A stretch of DNA of 52,534 nucleotides, counting the filler, from Sphacelaria rigidula (Eukaryota): NCBI GenBank assembly GCA_964200075.2. It is 4 parts of 4 records of this genome, joined end to end, with 100 filler letters (N's around TTAATTAATTAA, not from the genome) between each part and the next. Parts side by side here need not be neighbours in the genome. Positions count along the whole stretch, not along the records: positions 26,319 to 39,377 come from CAXNAA020003194.1; positions 39,478 to 52,534 come from CAXNAA020003195.1; 2 more parts are not named here. The stretch is one strand, 5' to 3'. Positions within the stretch are counted from its first letter, which is position 1. Each line of letters starts with the position of its first letter. The notes under the pieces are model-generated. The model ran no database searches, was not told the DNA's origin, and saw nothing but the letters and a program-made list of their open reading frames with translations. The position numbers and the translations under genes were made by a program. Shown here piece by piece: positions 39,201 through 51,630 of this stretch.

Positions 39201-39377
39201 CCATCAGTATACGGTAATTCTGCTCTAACTCGACTTGCTGCGGGTTGAATCGTAAGGCTTTTGGGAAAAGTCCCAGCGTGGTGAAAACCCTGGAGGGACT
39301 TTGCTGCTCCTCCAGCGAGTGGTTGAGCTGTAGTAGGCGTTGACGCAATACTACAGCTCAATCACTCGCTGGAGGAG
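36232..39377 (-). mobile_element. Penelope-like retroelement (PLE): ORF1 (about 39361-38207) plus RT ORF (about 38150-36232); frameshifted; no GIY-YIG endonuclease visible; 5' end cut by the linker
   Basis: IVVVKNTDKNLG...WYVKECYRQLNDPTTY, YIIPQIHKPVVVGRL, LVTADVTSLYPSL, GLAMGTPSAPTLANI, KRYIDDMF, SVEFLDIVI and KRGFITVELLRY...FYFRLLARGYP are PLE RT and thumb motifs. Frameshifts near 37560, 36620 and 36495; in-frame stop at 38636-38638. Confidence 0.92.
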
Positions 39378-39477
39378 NNNNNNNNNNNNNNNNNNNNNNN
39401 NNNNNNNNNNNNNNNNNNNNNTTAATTAATTAANNNNNNNNNNNNNNNNNNNNNNNNNNNNNNNNNNNNNNNNNNNN
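39378..39477. other. Artificial 100-bp linker
   Basis: Same structure as 13060-13159. Confidence 0.98.
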
Positions 39478-39554
39478 CCCCCCCCCCCCCCCCCACCACC
39501 ACCACCCTCCCCTACCGGAACTCCATGAATTCGTTTCCGGTGTCATCTTTGCAG

Positions 39555-42500
39555 CCACCTGATAATGTCCGTCAGCGTTGAGGGGCGAAACCGACACACG
39601 GGGGCAACGAGCTGCGGGCGACTGCATCTGATTGACCTCGCTGGAAGCGAACGCATAAGCAAGGCGAGCCAAAATCCACAAACCTAAGAATAGATCGATG
39701 CAGTCGTTGGTTGGTTGGTTGTAGCATATTTTGTGTTTGATATTTTCCGCGGGCGGAGGGCTTGCGTCATGAACCAAGGACTTTCACTGCGGGGAGCGAC
39801 CTCTTGAGTTTTTCGATAAAGAGTATGGTATCCATTGAGGGACAAGCAGCCCAATGATGGTTCTTCACTAACCGCCATGAGCTACTGTAGTCACGTAAAA
39901 TACACGTAAGTACGACGTCGTCATGACGTTAACGCCACCTGAACCCAACCTGATCCCAACCCTGGTCCTGACCGCAGCGAACTGTAGACCATGAACTGTC
40001 GGGTGACGGGAGGTTCACGCTAGATATGGTGTCAGTGCAGAGGAAACTCTTTTACGTCGTAGATGACGTACATATAGGAATTGCTTCCTTCTTCCTTATC
40101 CAAAGGTGTGTGCGTAATTTTCATATTAACCATGCTTCTGGCGGTTTGGTAAAAAGTGTGCTCGCTCAAATACGAACCTGAAAAACAAGATTTGAGGAAC
40201 AACTGCGAAAAGGTCCGAGATTAACTGGAATCTTGACTTCCGGGTGGTGATTGGCATTAACGAAATCTATTTGAAAAGAGGAGAGACACGATGGGTATTA
40301 CCATGTAGTGCTGCTGCTTCTAAATCCGCTAAGGAAGAAGGACACGAAACACACCGGAGGGTTGTTACTTGGAGCAGGAGTGCTTCCGTTTTGTTGAGAA
40401 GGTAGGACGGGACAGGAACGATAGCAAAAACCGCTGAGGAATCAATGTTCCCTAAATTGTGTGTGAAACCGGATTTTGGAACGCCATCAGGACACTTGAG
40501 CTCAGCGTTAAGGTACAGCCGTAACCCTAACCCTAACCCTCAATGACTGTACGAAAGCAAACAAGCAAGACACAGGAGCTCTCGTAAGATGTACCTCATA
40601 ACGCGTTGCCGGACTTGAGTCCCCGGTACCCTCCCTTGTATTTACGCGCTGTGTGACGTGTACTGTCTCTTTCAATGTTCGTCCTGATATTGACTACAAA
40701 ACTTCTTACGAGACATCCCTATCGGAGTCCGTGTTCGTAGAAATGCTCTGAGCCTCAACACTTTGATTGCAAAAATCAGTCTTTCCCGAGTAGGGCAGGG
40801 TGCTGCAAATGCGGATGCGTGTAGCTTGATTTTAATCTACCAGTTCTCCTGGAGTATACAAGATTTCCACAAGCTTGGCGGTCGAAAAGTGAAGAGACAG
40901 CTCCGTTTGGACATGAAAAGACTCTGTCCGAACGACGTCTATTTTGGCGATCCGGTGACGACTTTGCCCCTATAAAGGGGCTCGACGAATTGTGTCCCGA
41001 TGAAAAAACTTGCTGTGCTCTCCGAGAGGATTACAGCGCACTTTACCGACCTCTCGTACACTCAGTTTGACTCTCGGTTGGACTAATGAGTATTGCCTCA
41101 TACAACAAGAAGAACCAGCATGTTCTGATGACTTTCGTATATAAGATTTTGGGGGGATTCCAAAGGATGCGTGACTTGAATGATGAATTGCTAGTCTACC
41201 TGACATTCATAGTGGACGTTCAAACGATCTGACAAGGTGCGTTGGAATACTCTCGGGAGAGTGCAGCATGTCTGTCTCACGTGGCACAACCCGCCAAGCC
41301 CCTCTAAGCGGCCAATATCGAGGCTGAATCGCTGCTTCAGAGCGAGGCAAAAATACAAGACTATTCCCTCAACAACCGAGGCCCTATTGCTAGCTGTAGT
41401 TGCCTATATACTACCAAGTGACATGTCCCGTCAGTACCGGATCGATTAACTAGACAGAGTGAAGTTAGCGATAACGATCATAAATCAACGTATCGAATGA
41501 AAAGAAATGCTCAGCCACCTACTGCAGGTACTGCCCACTAGATTCTTGCTGAGTAAAACAAGCCGTCACGATTCCCCAACAGTCCGGGGTCGAGGGGCAG
41601 GCCTTGCGGGAGGCGCAAAACATCAACCGCAGCCTGAGTGCCTTGGGAGACGTTATCGCGGCGAGGGCATCCCGACAAGCGCATGTACCCTACCGTAACT
41701 CGGCACTCACGTACCTCCTTCAGGTGAGACCACACATGGGCCCAGGGGGGGGGAAGGGGTGTTTAGAGTCTATTTTGCGCAAGGGCGTACGCAGGTGCTT
41801 CGCTGGAGGGGGTACCTCGTACGTTCGCATGCTCCATACGTACGACAGAAAAGAAGAGAAAAGGAAAAAAGTTCCGTCGTTAGCGTGCCATCCTGCTGTA
41901 GTGGGACACGTTTGTGACCAGTCTGTTGCTATTATTGTGTCGACTTGATGCCTGGGTGCGGGGCAAACGCTTCCTCGCCTATTGCTGCCTTTGGCTTCCC
42001 GGCAACATGTCTGCGCACGTTTGTTTGTCATGGAAACTTCACGACTGAGGTCATATTCATGATTCGCGTGGTATTCAAACCGTCGAAAACTCAATAATCC
42101 AGAACTTCGTCACGTCGTAGGAGTGTGGAATGCTACTGGTGCCCATCAAACGATAACATAAAAATAAAAATCTAAAAAGACAACGGTTGTATTCAGCGAG
42201 AATGCACGTGAAGACCCGACTGTGGTTGTAAATCACACTGAATATATCCCTTGCTTTGGGCAACAACTTCGACTCCACCGTCCAGCGAAATACCTCCGGT
42301 TCGCTTCGTTCGGCCCGGAGTCGTGCTGTTTTTCCCATGTGGTGGAGGTGCCGCCATAGAGTGGTGAGCTGCGAGCTCGATGGCCGCACTACAGCGGGAC
42401 CTCGAAATGTAGCTCAGATTTGGTGAAACTCTCTGACAAACAAGGGCGGAGCGGATCAGACATGTGACCAGAGCTATTTTGATCGCACGATAGGTTGGTC

Positions 42501-45500
42501 CCAGCAAAAGACGCAGAATGAACTATCCAGGATAAACGGCATGAACAGCAACGAAACAATCCACGAGAAGTAGGTCCCTTCCATGCGTACGCCCACCGCG
42601 AAGTATGCCGTGCGCTTTGATTGGTCGTTCGGATACTTGAGTCATCATCATTAATTATTTCACACTTTGCGAGGAATCCAAATACGTGTTGACGGCAGTT
42701 AGAGATTGTGTAGTGAGGATCGACACTCTCGCCGTAGTTGCCGTTTAGTTCTTCGATTTTTGGGGAGTTCAATGCCACCCCTTCGACGCATGCTTTCCGC
42801 TGCTTTCGGCATCATACCAGCGCCCACAGTGGTCTCCCCGAGGATCTTGTGCATCACATCCCCTCCTCCGTAAGCATCGCCTTTAGATGGAGAAATTTCG
42901 GGTCCTAAAGGCTCATCAACCCAAGACCGTATCGCCGTGGGGGTCATACGCACCGTATTTGACGCTGCGGCACCACGAGCCCCATGATTCCATTTCCTCA
43001 TGGTACGTTCCGTTTCCGCCCGCCACGTTAATATAGAGTGTTCACCCACTCGTCTCCGAAAAATCTGAGATTGACATGCACCCTACTTTCGTGTGGACAC
43101 TCGGCATTCGGATTTTCAACCGGTCAACAGTTGACTGATGCCGCCATGGCTCCCCCCAGTCCAGTGGCTAGTATTAGGAGGCGAAGTTCATATGTAAATC
43201 AATTTGGCAAAGGCCAAGCACGTCGAGAAGATCCCACGCTCGCGATCGTTTCACCAATGTCACCCATACGAGGCGCTTCATGCAGTCTGAAATCAGCTCT
43301 CATGCGCTGTATGGCCATTTTCTTCATCGCAGTTTTGGGACTATTTCGGGAGGGGGAGGGGGGGGAGGGGGAGCTGTCACGGCATCACACAGTTTCCGGG
43401 TATTCGACAGTGTGCGCATCACGTCGTGTTTCTTGATTTCAACTCGGTACTTGCGGCGCCAAGTTGAGATCTTTCCCAAGGAAGAGGTAAATATACTCAC
43501 TCTCTCTTCACCATCCTTTCCCGAAGGTTATCGGGTTGTCATGGGTCGGGATTTGGGTTGGTAGGATTAGATCGTAGGGAATATCGGGAAATCAAGCTTT
43601 CATGATCTATTGAACAGTGTTGCAAAGTGACGGTTAATGTATTGCACGGCAACGAAACACAGCCGTAGCAGCATCGGAGGAGGGGGTGAGGGGAGAAAGA
43701 AACATACGGAGTGGGGGGTTAGGCGACACGTTATGAGAGGTTAAACCGTGGTAGTAACGAGTCCGTGAAGCCACCGGTACAAAGTATGCAGGTAAAATAA
43801 TTTCAACACAAAGGTACGCCCATCGATCCAGCCATCTCCAACTACCGGCTGGAATGACTGGACGGACGAGATGAGAGCGAACGCGTATACTTTGTGAAAC
43901 CGGACAGAGAGAGCTGGTAGGTCCTCACCAATAATTTTCTTGATTCACGTATTTGTCAAGCCTCCGGCCTGGGCACACAAGGAAGCAACGACTGACTGGC
44001 CACTCACACCCGACACTACGTCGGGTATGAAACACCAGGAGATTCAGACCTTTCAGTAGCCACCCCAACCCGACTGGTCACTCAATACAGAGTCCAGTGT
44101 GTATTGAGTCTAGGCTGCTCTGCCTGTGACAGCTAGTCAGTATCTCGTGCAGCACCAACCACACGAGACAACATCCCAGACAAGTTCACAGCGCCGACTG
44201 TAACTTGCAACGAAGCACCAGAGATATGTGTCTAGGCATCGTGTTTTAACTGCACATCGCTCAAGCAAGAATATGATATCAAACACCGTGCTACTGTAAC
44301 ATACACACCACACTGTAGGCTCAAGTTGACTCCACCTCAGACATGTGGAGAACCCAGAAGCCCAGAAAATTTGAGAAGAGGACGAGTTGATGACTGACCT
44401 TGATGGGGGCAAAGCCCAACACGTCAAATACATCAGCACTTGGGATCTCGGTCATGATCTACTTATCCGTTACCGGCTACTACCTTAAAGATTCGAATAT
44501 ATTCGGTGAAAGTACGTGGGCACATGTATCATGAATAATTTCTCTCGATCTTGGAAATGTTTGCCGATTTGGTAATCAACCACCGAACACAACCACATTC
44601 GCATCCTTTTACTGCGAGGAATCGAGATATCTACGGAACGAGTATTCGTTCCGAGTCAAGCAAGATGACTCTCAAACGCGCGACTTTAGGGAGATTTGCA
44701 TTATTGTGGAACCTCCATGTCGGGCATTCATTTGGGCAGCATGCTTACCAGGACCTCGACGTTCTGGTCGTCAGACTTCCTCGCAAAACGGTAATTTGGC
44801 TTTCGTGTGCAGGTTTTGCAATTGCTTCATCCGTTATGGCACACGTTGCATGGCGTCTGGGCTTCTCAATGACTAAAACGAAAGCCTCGGCGTCCAAGAG
44901 TTGATGAAGTAAACCATGACGTTACAAATACACGTGCCTATTCATGCCAACAGCACATTTCTGCCGAGTACTTTGCATGTCGACCCTTGACCCGATTTGT
45001 CAAACTCCCAACCGAGACCTCACGCCATCATGATATCAGACCTCTAGCACCGAGGAACCCGGCCCAACTACCATGTCCATGGTACTGAATAATTTTCCCT
45101 CGAATTTGTGCCTGGGGGGGGAGGGGGGGGGGAACACCACCGGTTGCCGTGTTTCAAGTCACCCCTCCAAACCTCACCTCGTCACACTCTCCGACGATGG
45201 CAAGCAACAAATGAGTGCGCCTCACCATCAGGCGTTGAACGCCCACGCCACCTGCGGGTGTAATGACACCAACCCGCATTCCTTGGCCTGAAACGCCGGC
45301 GGAACGCGATTTTTCGTGTAGCCACCTTCGTGTACCGATTGTACTGTATGGGCGGCGGCGTTCAGCAACCTGCCTGGGTCGGTGAACCTTCTTCAAACAA
45401 CACTCTTCTGTTTTTCTCGAGAATTATGAACGCCGCGCACTCGCTAAGATATCGACTCCATTTGTGGAAGCTAAAACCCACGCCCCGGCGGTCACTGGCA

Positions 45501-48500
45501 CAAATCGCCCCGAATCTGGATGCTTCCCGTGGGTTTGGATCCCGACCGTACGCATCATAATGAGAACGCAAGTTGGCGAGATCAGTTTTCAATAAGCGTC
45601 GCGGATGGCGAGAGTACTGACACAACATTCAAATAGTGCACAAGCACCGGGGGAGAAACGACGGGTTGACTTCCTGATTAGACTACGGACTCGCCCTGAC
45701 GAAGGGGGGTTGGGTGTATGACAAGAGACAAAAAAACTGCTTCGGGTATCGTAGATGGTCGAGTTCACCGCTTGCGGGTGGTAGCTTCATGTTCTTCACC
45801 ATCGGTTTTTTCTTGAAAAAAACAAAAAAACGCGCATCCGCGAAAAACAACTCATCAATTAGTCAATTAATTGATTAATTGGTTATTATTTGATCCTTGG
45901 TTGGTATGATTGTCCCATTATCGTATGATATGCTGCGAACATGACCTTACTTTCAAGATTAATACATCGCACAGCACCCAACTTATCTGAACGGAAACCC
46001 TCGCTAAAGAAAACTGGACAGCGTGAAGAAAAACTGAACAATATAATCCAAATGAACACGCACAAGAAACGAGGAACGAAGACATGCAGACCAGCGAGAA
46101 TCCTCATAGAAGGGAACATGGGCTCAAGCAACAGAACCGTGCCAGTTTTGGCCACGTGATGCATGACGTGGGTACCGTACCGCCCGGGAGAAAATTAAGC
46201 CTCGCTCGATGAGGCTCGGGACAAAACAGAGTGCAACCGAGCACAAGAGCACATATCACGGTACGCCCCCCAACTCACCCCAGGATTACAACAACAATGC
46301 GAGCAATATTAGGATGACCGGAAATGCACGCACGCAACATGAAAAGTGTCATTCCGACATGATCTTGGAAGGCACACAAGCATGATCATCACAATATGGC
46401 AAGGCTGCCGACGCGAGAAACTTTCGCATGTCGGTTCTCCCTGGAGCCCCTTGGAGCTAGGGATACCTTAAACCACACGAAGCAACTGACAATATCAGCC
46501 TTCCTTCCGCAGGGGCCTAATAATACAACTAGAAGAACACAGCGAAAATAATGCCTGGGGGATATTCGTGAAGAGGCGTGAGCCACGCCGCTTTCCCCCG
46601 CATCTTGCTCATACGCGATGCCGGTCAGAGTAATCATGATAAGAAAGCTCTCAGCACGACACTCCATGTGGCCAGCCTTGAACAAGGGTGAAAAAAATCA
46701 CTGAACAGACTCGCGTTCCTTCGGCGGTGATCTTCCTCGCTCCTTGCCTCGAACACTATACGCACGCATGGTATGCTGGTATGCTGATGCAGGGTTCTTT
46801 AAGTGCAGACTCGAAGACTTTGATGGTCGTGTGCATCAGCCCTGTGCTCGAAAACGCCGAAGAGTCATTCTGCTCGCTCAACTTCGCCGCCCGCGTCCGC
46901 AAGGTCGAACTGGGGAAGGTGAGAACCCGAACGATCAAGGGACAACAACGCACGGTTCGTTTTATAGTAACCCCTCCTCGCGAACGCGAGTACACCGGGG
47001 ATACCGGCTAGAGATGGGGTGGAAGTAACGCGTGTGGCTAATGAGTAACGGAGGGCAGCGGGATAAGCTGATATACTATGGTATGGGGTTAGCGGCCGGG
47101 CGCCGGTGATCTCATGGGACAACTGACACGATTGGGGAGGGGAAAACGCCGATTTGATTGCCACCAGATTCGTCTAGTTTGGCTTTGTTATCAGAAGTAT
47201 CTGGCGTCCATTGGTGAAGGCGTAAGGAGGTGAGGACGTGGGGGGCGTGAGTAGCGAAGGAGTCTGTTCGGCTGAGTTTGTTATACGATAGTGGATGCGG
47301 TGCGGGAGTGCTGATAGTCGTTATCCAATCTGCGATACCAAATGTACGGCGGTGTGCCGGGAGGGATGGCGGATGGGGTGATCCCTTGAGATCACAGGCT
47401 TGTCACGACGGAGGGGAGAAGTGAGAAGTGAAAACGAAGCAAAGAAAAAAAAGAAGAGGGGCTGTCTCAGACCATTTTTAGGAGAGAGACTAGTAGGTGT
47501 CGTGTAAAGCGAGAGGCCGACGGCACGGGCAATCGACGGCACTCGATGCATTATCTCATTGTTTCCTCATCGTACCGTGTAGCACCGCATTTATTGTTGA
47601 TATCGTTTGTTCAGTACATGCCGTCAGCTCCCGCGTTGCACAGCAAACGTTGCCGCATGACGAAATATAACCCGACGTATGCTTCTAGGAAGTGATGACG
47701 AGAGCTGTTCACGGGGAGTGCAGTGGGTAGTCAGGATTCAAGTTGAAAATTGCACGATCGTTCTCGAATGGGAGCAGGTACGAAGGCAAGGACACCGACA
47801 AACATTGCCAACACTCATGGACAACGAGTAGGCTGTTGCCTCCTACAGGCAAGAACTCGAATGCGAACGGTTGTACAAGACACCTGCCCTGACTGCACCC
47901 CACAACATGTTCGTGAGATGAGGAACGCTTTTTTTTCTGGAACGGGCGGGTTTTCGTGATTTACACCAAGACGGTCGAGTCGTTCTAAACGGCCGTCACC
48001 CCCCTGAGGATCTGTGATCTGGCGGGAATTTTCGTGCAAAATGATTTGAAACCTACGTGGTCAGTGCAAATTTATCAGAGATAATGTGTCCAAAAAAGAA
48101 AGTGTTGGGCATCTTCGACCGTATTCCATGGGGCGCGTCACCGATTGTAAATCTGATTGCGCCAAACGCTCCATGAGATCACGGGCTTTCAGGGGGGGTG
48201 AAGGACGTATCGGACGAGTCGACCGTCTTGGTATAAATCCCGAAAAACGAATCGTCCCGAAAAAAAAAAAATCCTAATCTCATGAGCATGTCGCCCCTTT
48301 TCAAATCAGAAAAAGCATGTATCGGCCCACCCAACAACGCCCCATCGTCCGGAAATGTCAAATTCTCGAAACAAAAAACTACGCGACGCAGGCCCAAAAA
48401 CATCAGAGCGACGGTTCACCCACCCCGAAGGGCGGTCGACGCGGACTGAGCAGGAGCGCTAGTGCTTCAGGGGCTGCCTCAAGAACGTCTCAGCAACAAG

Positions 48501-48547
48501 GCGGCCACCTGTCAGCTGGCGCGGGCCGTGCCCACGGTGCTACATGA
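39555..48547 (+). CDS. Kinesin-14 (C-terminal motor, KIFC/KAR3-like), last four exons: 39555-39663, 41583-41723, 46793-46918, 48392-48547
   Basis: [129 protein letters not shown]...stop. Switch [16 protein letters not shown] and SLNFAARV...ELG followed by a short tail indicate a C-terminal motor. Confidence 0.95.
40522..40540 (-). repeat. Interstitial telomere-like (CCCTAA)n in a kinesin intron
   Basis: TAACCCTAACCCTAACCCT. Confidence 0.8.
47928..48272. mobile_element. MITE/foldback with degenerate inverted arms of about 100 bp in the last kinesin intron
   Basis: GATTTACACCAAGACGGTCGAGTCGT...TCACCCCCCTGA versus TCAGGGGGGGTGAA...ACGAGTCGACCGTCTTGGTATAAATC. Confidence 0.75.
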
Positions 48548-49475
48548 TAATTGGGAGCTGATACAGTCTGTGGCACCACGACTGCTGAAGTGTTGTGCCG
48601 TGTTATTTTGGTCTTTGCAAGACGAAGGGGGGTGGCGATCACCAATGTGCTGGCAGGAAGAGGGTTTCAGTGTCCACATCAAGTATACCCCTTCCCTCAC
48701 CATGTGATACGGTCGTCAACACTTCGCTATTTCCAAGTTCTCCATGGTTGCAAGCACCAGTAAGACGAAATACTGCGTGATTTCGAAATGAAGTATACTG
48801 AAAATGTTTTGTCAACAGATAGACTCTCATCTACTATTGTACTGAAATGGTACAAAAATACAAGGTTCCCCTCCAGGAGGTTGGTACGGGCCTCCCAGGG
48901 ATGACGCATGTGGAAAGTATATGGTTAAGAGACGCGGTTGTATCTCAATGTACAGTAGTGATCGTGGCTGTACAAAACATTGCATGTGTTACCGGATGTC
49001 GTTCGGAGATATGGGACTTCAGACGGAGGCTGACGGCGGAGCCGCCAGGGAAGGACATGTGTGGTGCTCCCGAGGTGCCAGAGTGCGAAGTCACTCTCGT
49101 GTCACAAAGACATGAAAGCGGGAGACATTTCCCGCAAAAAATGGAATGCGTCGAACATTCTTGGCATGATCTTTGTACATCACTGTGGCTTCCACATGAC
49201 CGGGTCTTTTTTTTAAAACAGGGTGATCATTTTTTGCGGCAAAACATTATTGTGCTGCCGTGCTACTGTGCCTTGTTTAACTCGCCGATGGCCGGTCGCA
49301 CGGTCTTGTGTTTCCTGCTGACTAAGGCCAAGGCAACGTTCAATTGTTCTCAACCGCTTTGCTCTCGTGTTCTCGTGACATCGACGGCATAACCGGTGTG
49401 GTCGTGCTCCCAAATGAACGAGAACGCGACAAAGAGAAACACGGGGGGAAAATACTGTACCCCGCTAAAAGTAAT

Positions 49476-49573
49476 CCTGTTTGAAGTTTTCCATGATCTT
49501 GAACAGGCATTCGTGGTTCGGGTTCCTGTTTGAAGTTTTCCATTATCTTGAACAGGCTTTTGTGGTTCGGGAT
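49476..49573. repeat. Two-copy tandem duplication, about 49 bp
   Basis: CCTGTTTGAAGTTTTCCAT.ATCTTGAACAGGC.TT.GTGGTTCGGG twice. Confidence 0.88.
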
Positions 49574-50298
49574 CGACACCCCGCGAAAAAGGGCCAGTTT
49601 GAGCGACGTTCGGTGGCCACAACACGCGCCACAGGTATCAGATGACACCTAAACCTGAACGGTAATATACCGCTGAGCCTTTTTAGTGCGGTGCAAAAGA
49701 AAGCGCGGGAGAAAATGCGTTGTCGCCAGAGAAAACTCGGAAAACGTAGTCAAAAATGTGAAATGATATATGTACATATATACCGCAACTGTCAATGCAT
49801 GGCTCGTGCAGGATTGCAAGTCACCTTAAGAGGGTAATCGTATCGGCTGTAAATTGATGTCTTGAACTTTTACACCTGTGCAGTTCTTTTTGCAAGCAGT
49901 CTTGCCGTGCGACTTTTCGTTTGAAAACATGGCTGGCAGAAAACACCGAACATGAGTAACAAACCATGACGTGAGTGCACCGCCGATAGCATGAACTCTG
50001 AAACGTGTCTTGCAATACCACACGAGCTAGACGCTAGCCTTTTGCGGCGTACTTTTCGCACTAACTAAGCCTACTGAAACGACATCAGTCAGATTGGGGC
50101 GCATAGGCTTCCGTGTGTGTTGGGATTTCGCTTTTGGAGCGTTTGATCCAATCTGAGGGGGGGCAATCCGACCAAGATCCCGGTCGCGTCAGACCATGAA
50201 ATAGGGCTTCGCATCCCTACCATGGGGGCCGCGGGTGCGAGGTAGAGAGAGGTGGATGCTGAATTTCTGGACGAAGTTGTCGTTGACACTTCCCAATC

Positions 50299-50632
50299 CT
50301 TACCCTAATCCTAACCCCAACCCGACACTGTTGGAGCCGCTATCGGCACTATCGGTGCCACCGTCCACACTTTAACTAAATCGCCGATAGCTCTGACGAT
50401 TCCGAACGTGTTGCCGACAGACGTTGCCGCCGACACTACCGAGAGTCGGGAGTGTCGGCGGCAGTGTCGGGAGTGTGACCGACTGTGTCGAAAATGTCGG
50501 AAGAGTCGCAAGTGTCGGCGACTGCGTCTGAAGTGTCGCCGATATTTCGGACACTGCCGCCGACACTTCCATCAGTGCAGCTGACACTGTCTAATAATGC
50601 GAAGCCTTGCGCTGACACTGTCGACCGTGACA
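50299..50632. repeat. Degenerate GACAC/GTGTCG-rich repeat preceded by decayed CCCTAA units
   Basis: Many CGACACT and AGTGTCG motifs in both orientations after TTACCCTAATCCTAACCCCAACCC. Confidence 0.6.
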
Positions 50633-51301
50633 GTATGTATGTAGGAGAGGTAGGGTGATGAGTACTATATGACAGACGGCATCGCGCTGGTACAGGCAGG
50701 CAAGGTTATTCTGTGCTTGGCCGTCTGGGAGAGAAGAAGCGCGCACGAAATGCCATTTGCAGTAGCACGGAAAGGAAATCCCGGCAAAAAAGATCAAACA
50801 GATTCCTCCGGGGCACCTAGCACGACCAGGAGCAAAATATCATGAAATTGTGGTTGTAGACTGTGTGCTGTGCCTGGTTGACAAGTGTACGCACAACAGA
50901 AACAGTGCATGCGATTCGCTCCACAGTCGGAAATGACGACAACTCAAGACAGGTGGGTACAACAGGTTCAGGCACTGATGGTCAAAGCCGCTCTTCTTTT
51001 GTTCGAGTGTTGCTCTTGCTTGCCTCTCCGTAAATTCATGACTTGTTTACCTTGTCGAAACAAACGCCTCAGCGCCTCATGTCGGCTTCACATCTTGGTA
51101 TGCCACGCAAGGTCAAAGGACAACCACACAGATCTTGCTTTGGAGAGTATGAGTAGAATATTGGGTTACCAATGTGTCTGGGCCCTGTCAGGAAGGGCAA
51201 TGGAAGATGCAGTGGTACTACTCTGATCATGTAATGTATTATGACACAGCCGGGCATCTGAGGCCGCTGTGCACCTCTGGCACTCCTCTCCAGTCCCTGC
51301 G

Positions 51302-51630
51302 CACGCGGTCATTTGGCTACCTCCAAAATTCCTCCAGATGAGGAAACTTCTCGAGCCTCAAGAGGAGGTGAACGCCTCCGGAAGGGTGCGCGGCCCTCCA
51401 GAGGAGATTGTTTGGTTTCTTCCAGAGGGATTAAACGCCTCCGGGGGCTTATTTTTGCCTCTGGCGGGCCGTGCATACCCCCAAATTCATCGGGAGGGAT
51501 GCGCGGCCCTCCGGGTCGGTAGAGTTTGGTTTCCTCCAGAGGGATCGAAGGCCTCCGGAGGCTTGTTTTCCCCCCGGAGGACCGCATATCCCTCCGGAGG
51601 CATTTCGGGGGTTAGCCAAATGGCCGCGTG
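51302..51630. mobile_element. MITE (329 bp) with about 34-bp TIRs and internal CCTCCGGAGG-like repeats
   Basis: CACGCGGTCATTTGGCTACCTCCAAAATTCCTCC and GGAGGCATTTCGGGGGTTAGCCAAATGGCCGCGTG. Confidence 0.8.

Noticed and set aside
26319..39377. Functional cluster combining aminotransferase, recombinase and RT as one system
   Set aside because: The recombinase and RT belong to two separate, oppositely oriented, decayed retroelements; the aminotransferase is an ordinary spliced host gene.
42389..45628. Nested gene or transposase on the minus strand of the 5-kb kinesin intron
   Set aside because: Only short ORFs without recognisable motifs or a consistent splice chain; may be old TE debris but cannot be supported.
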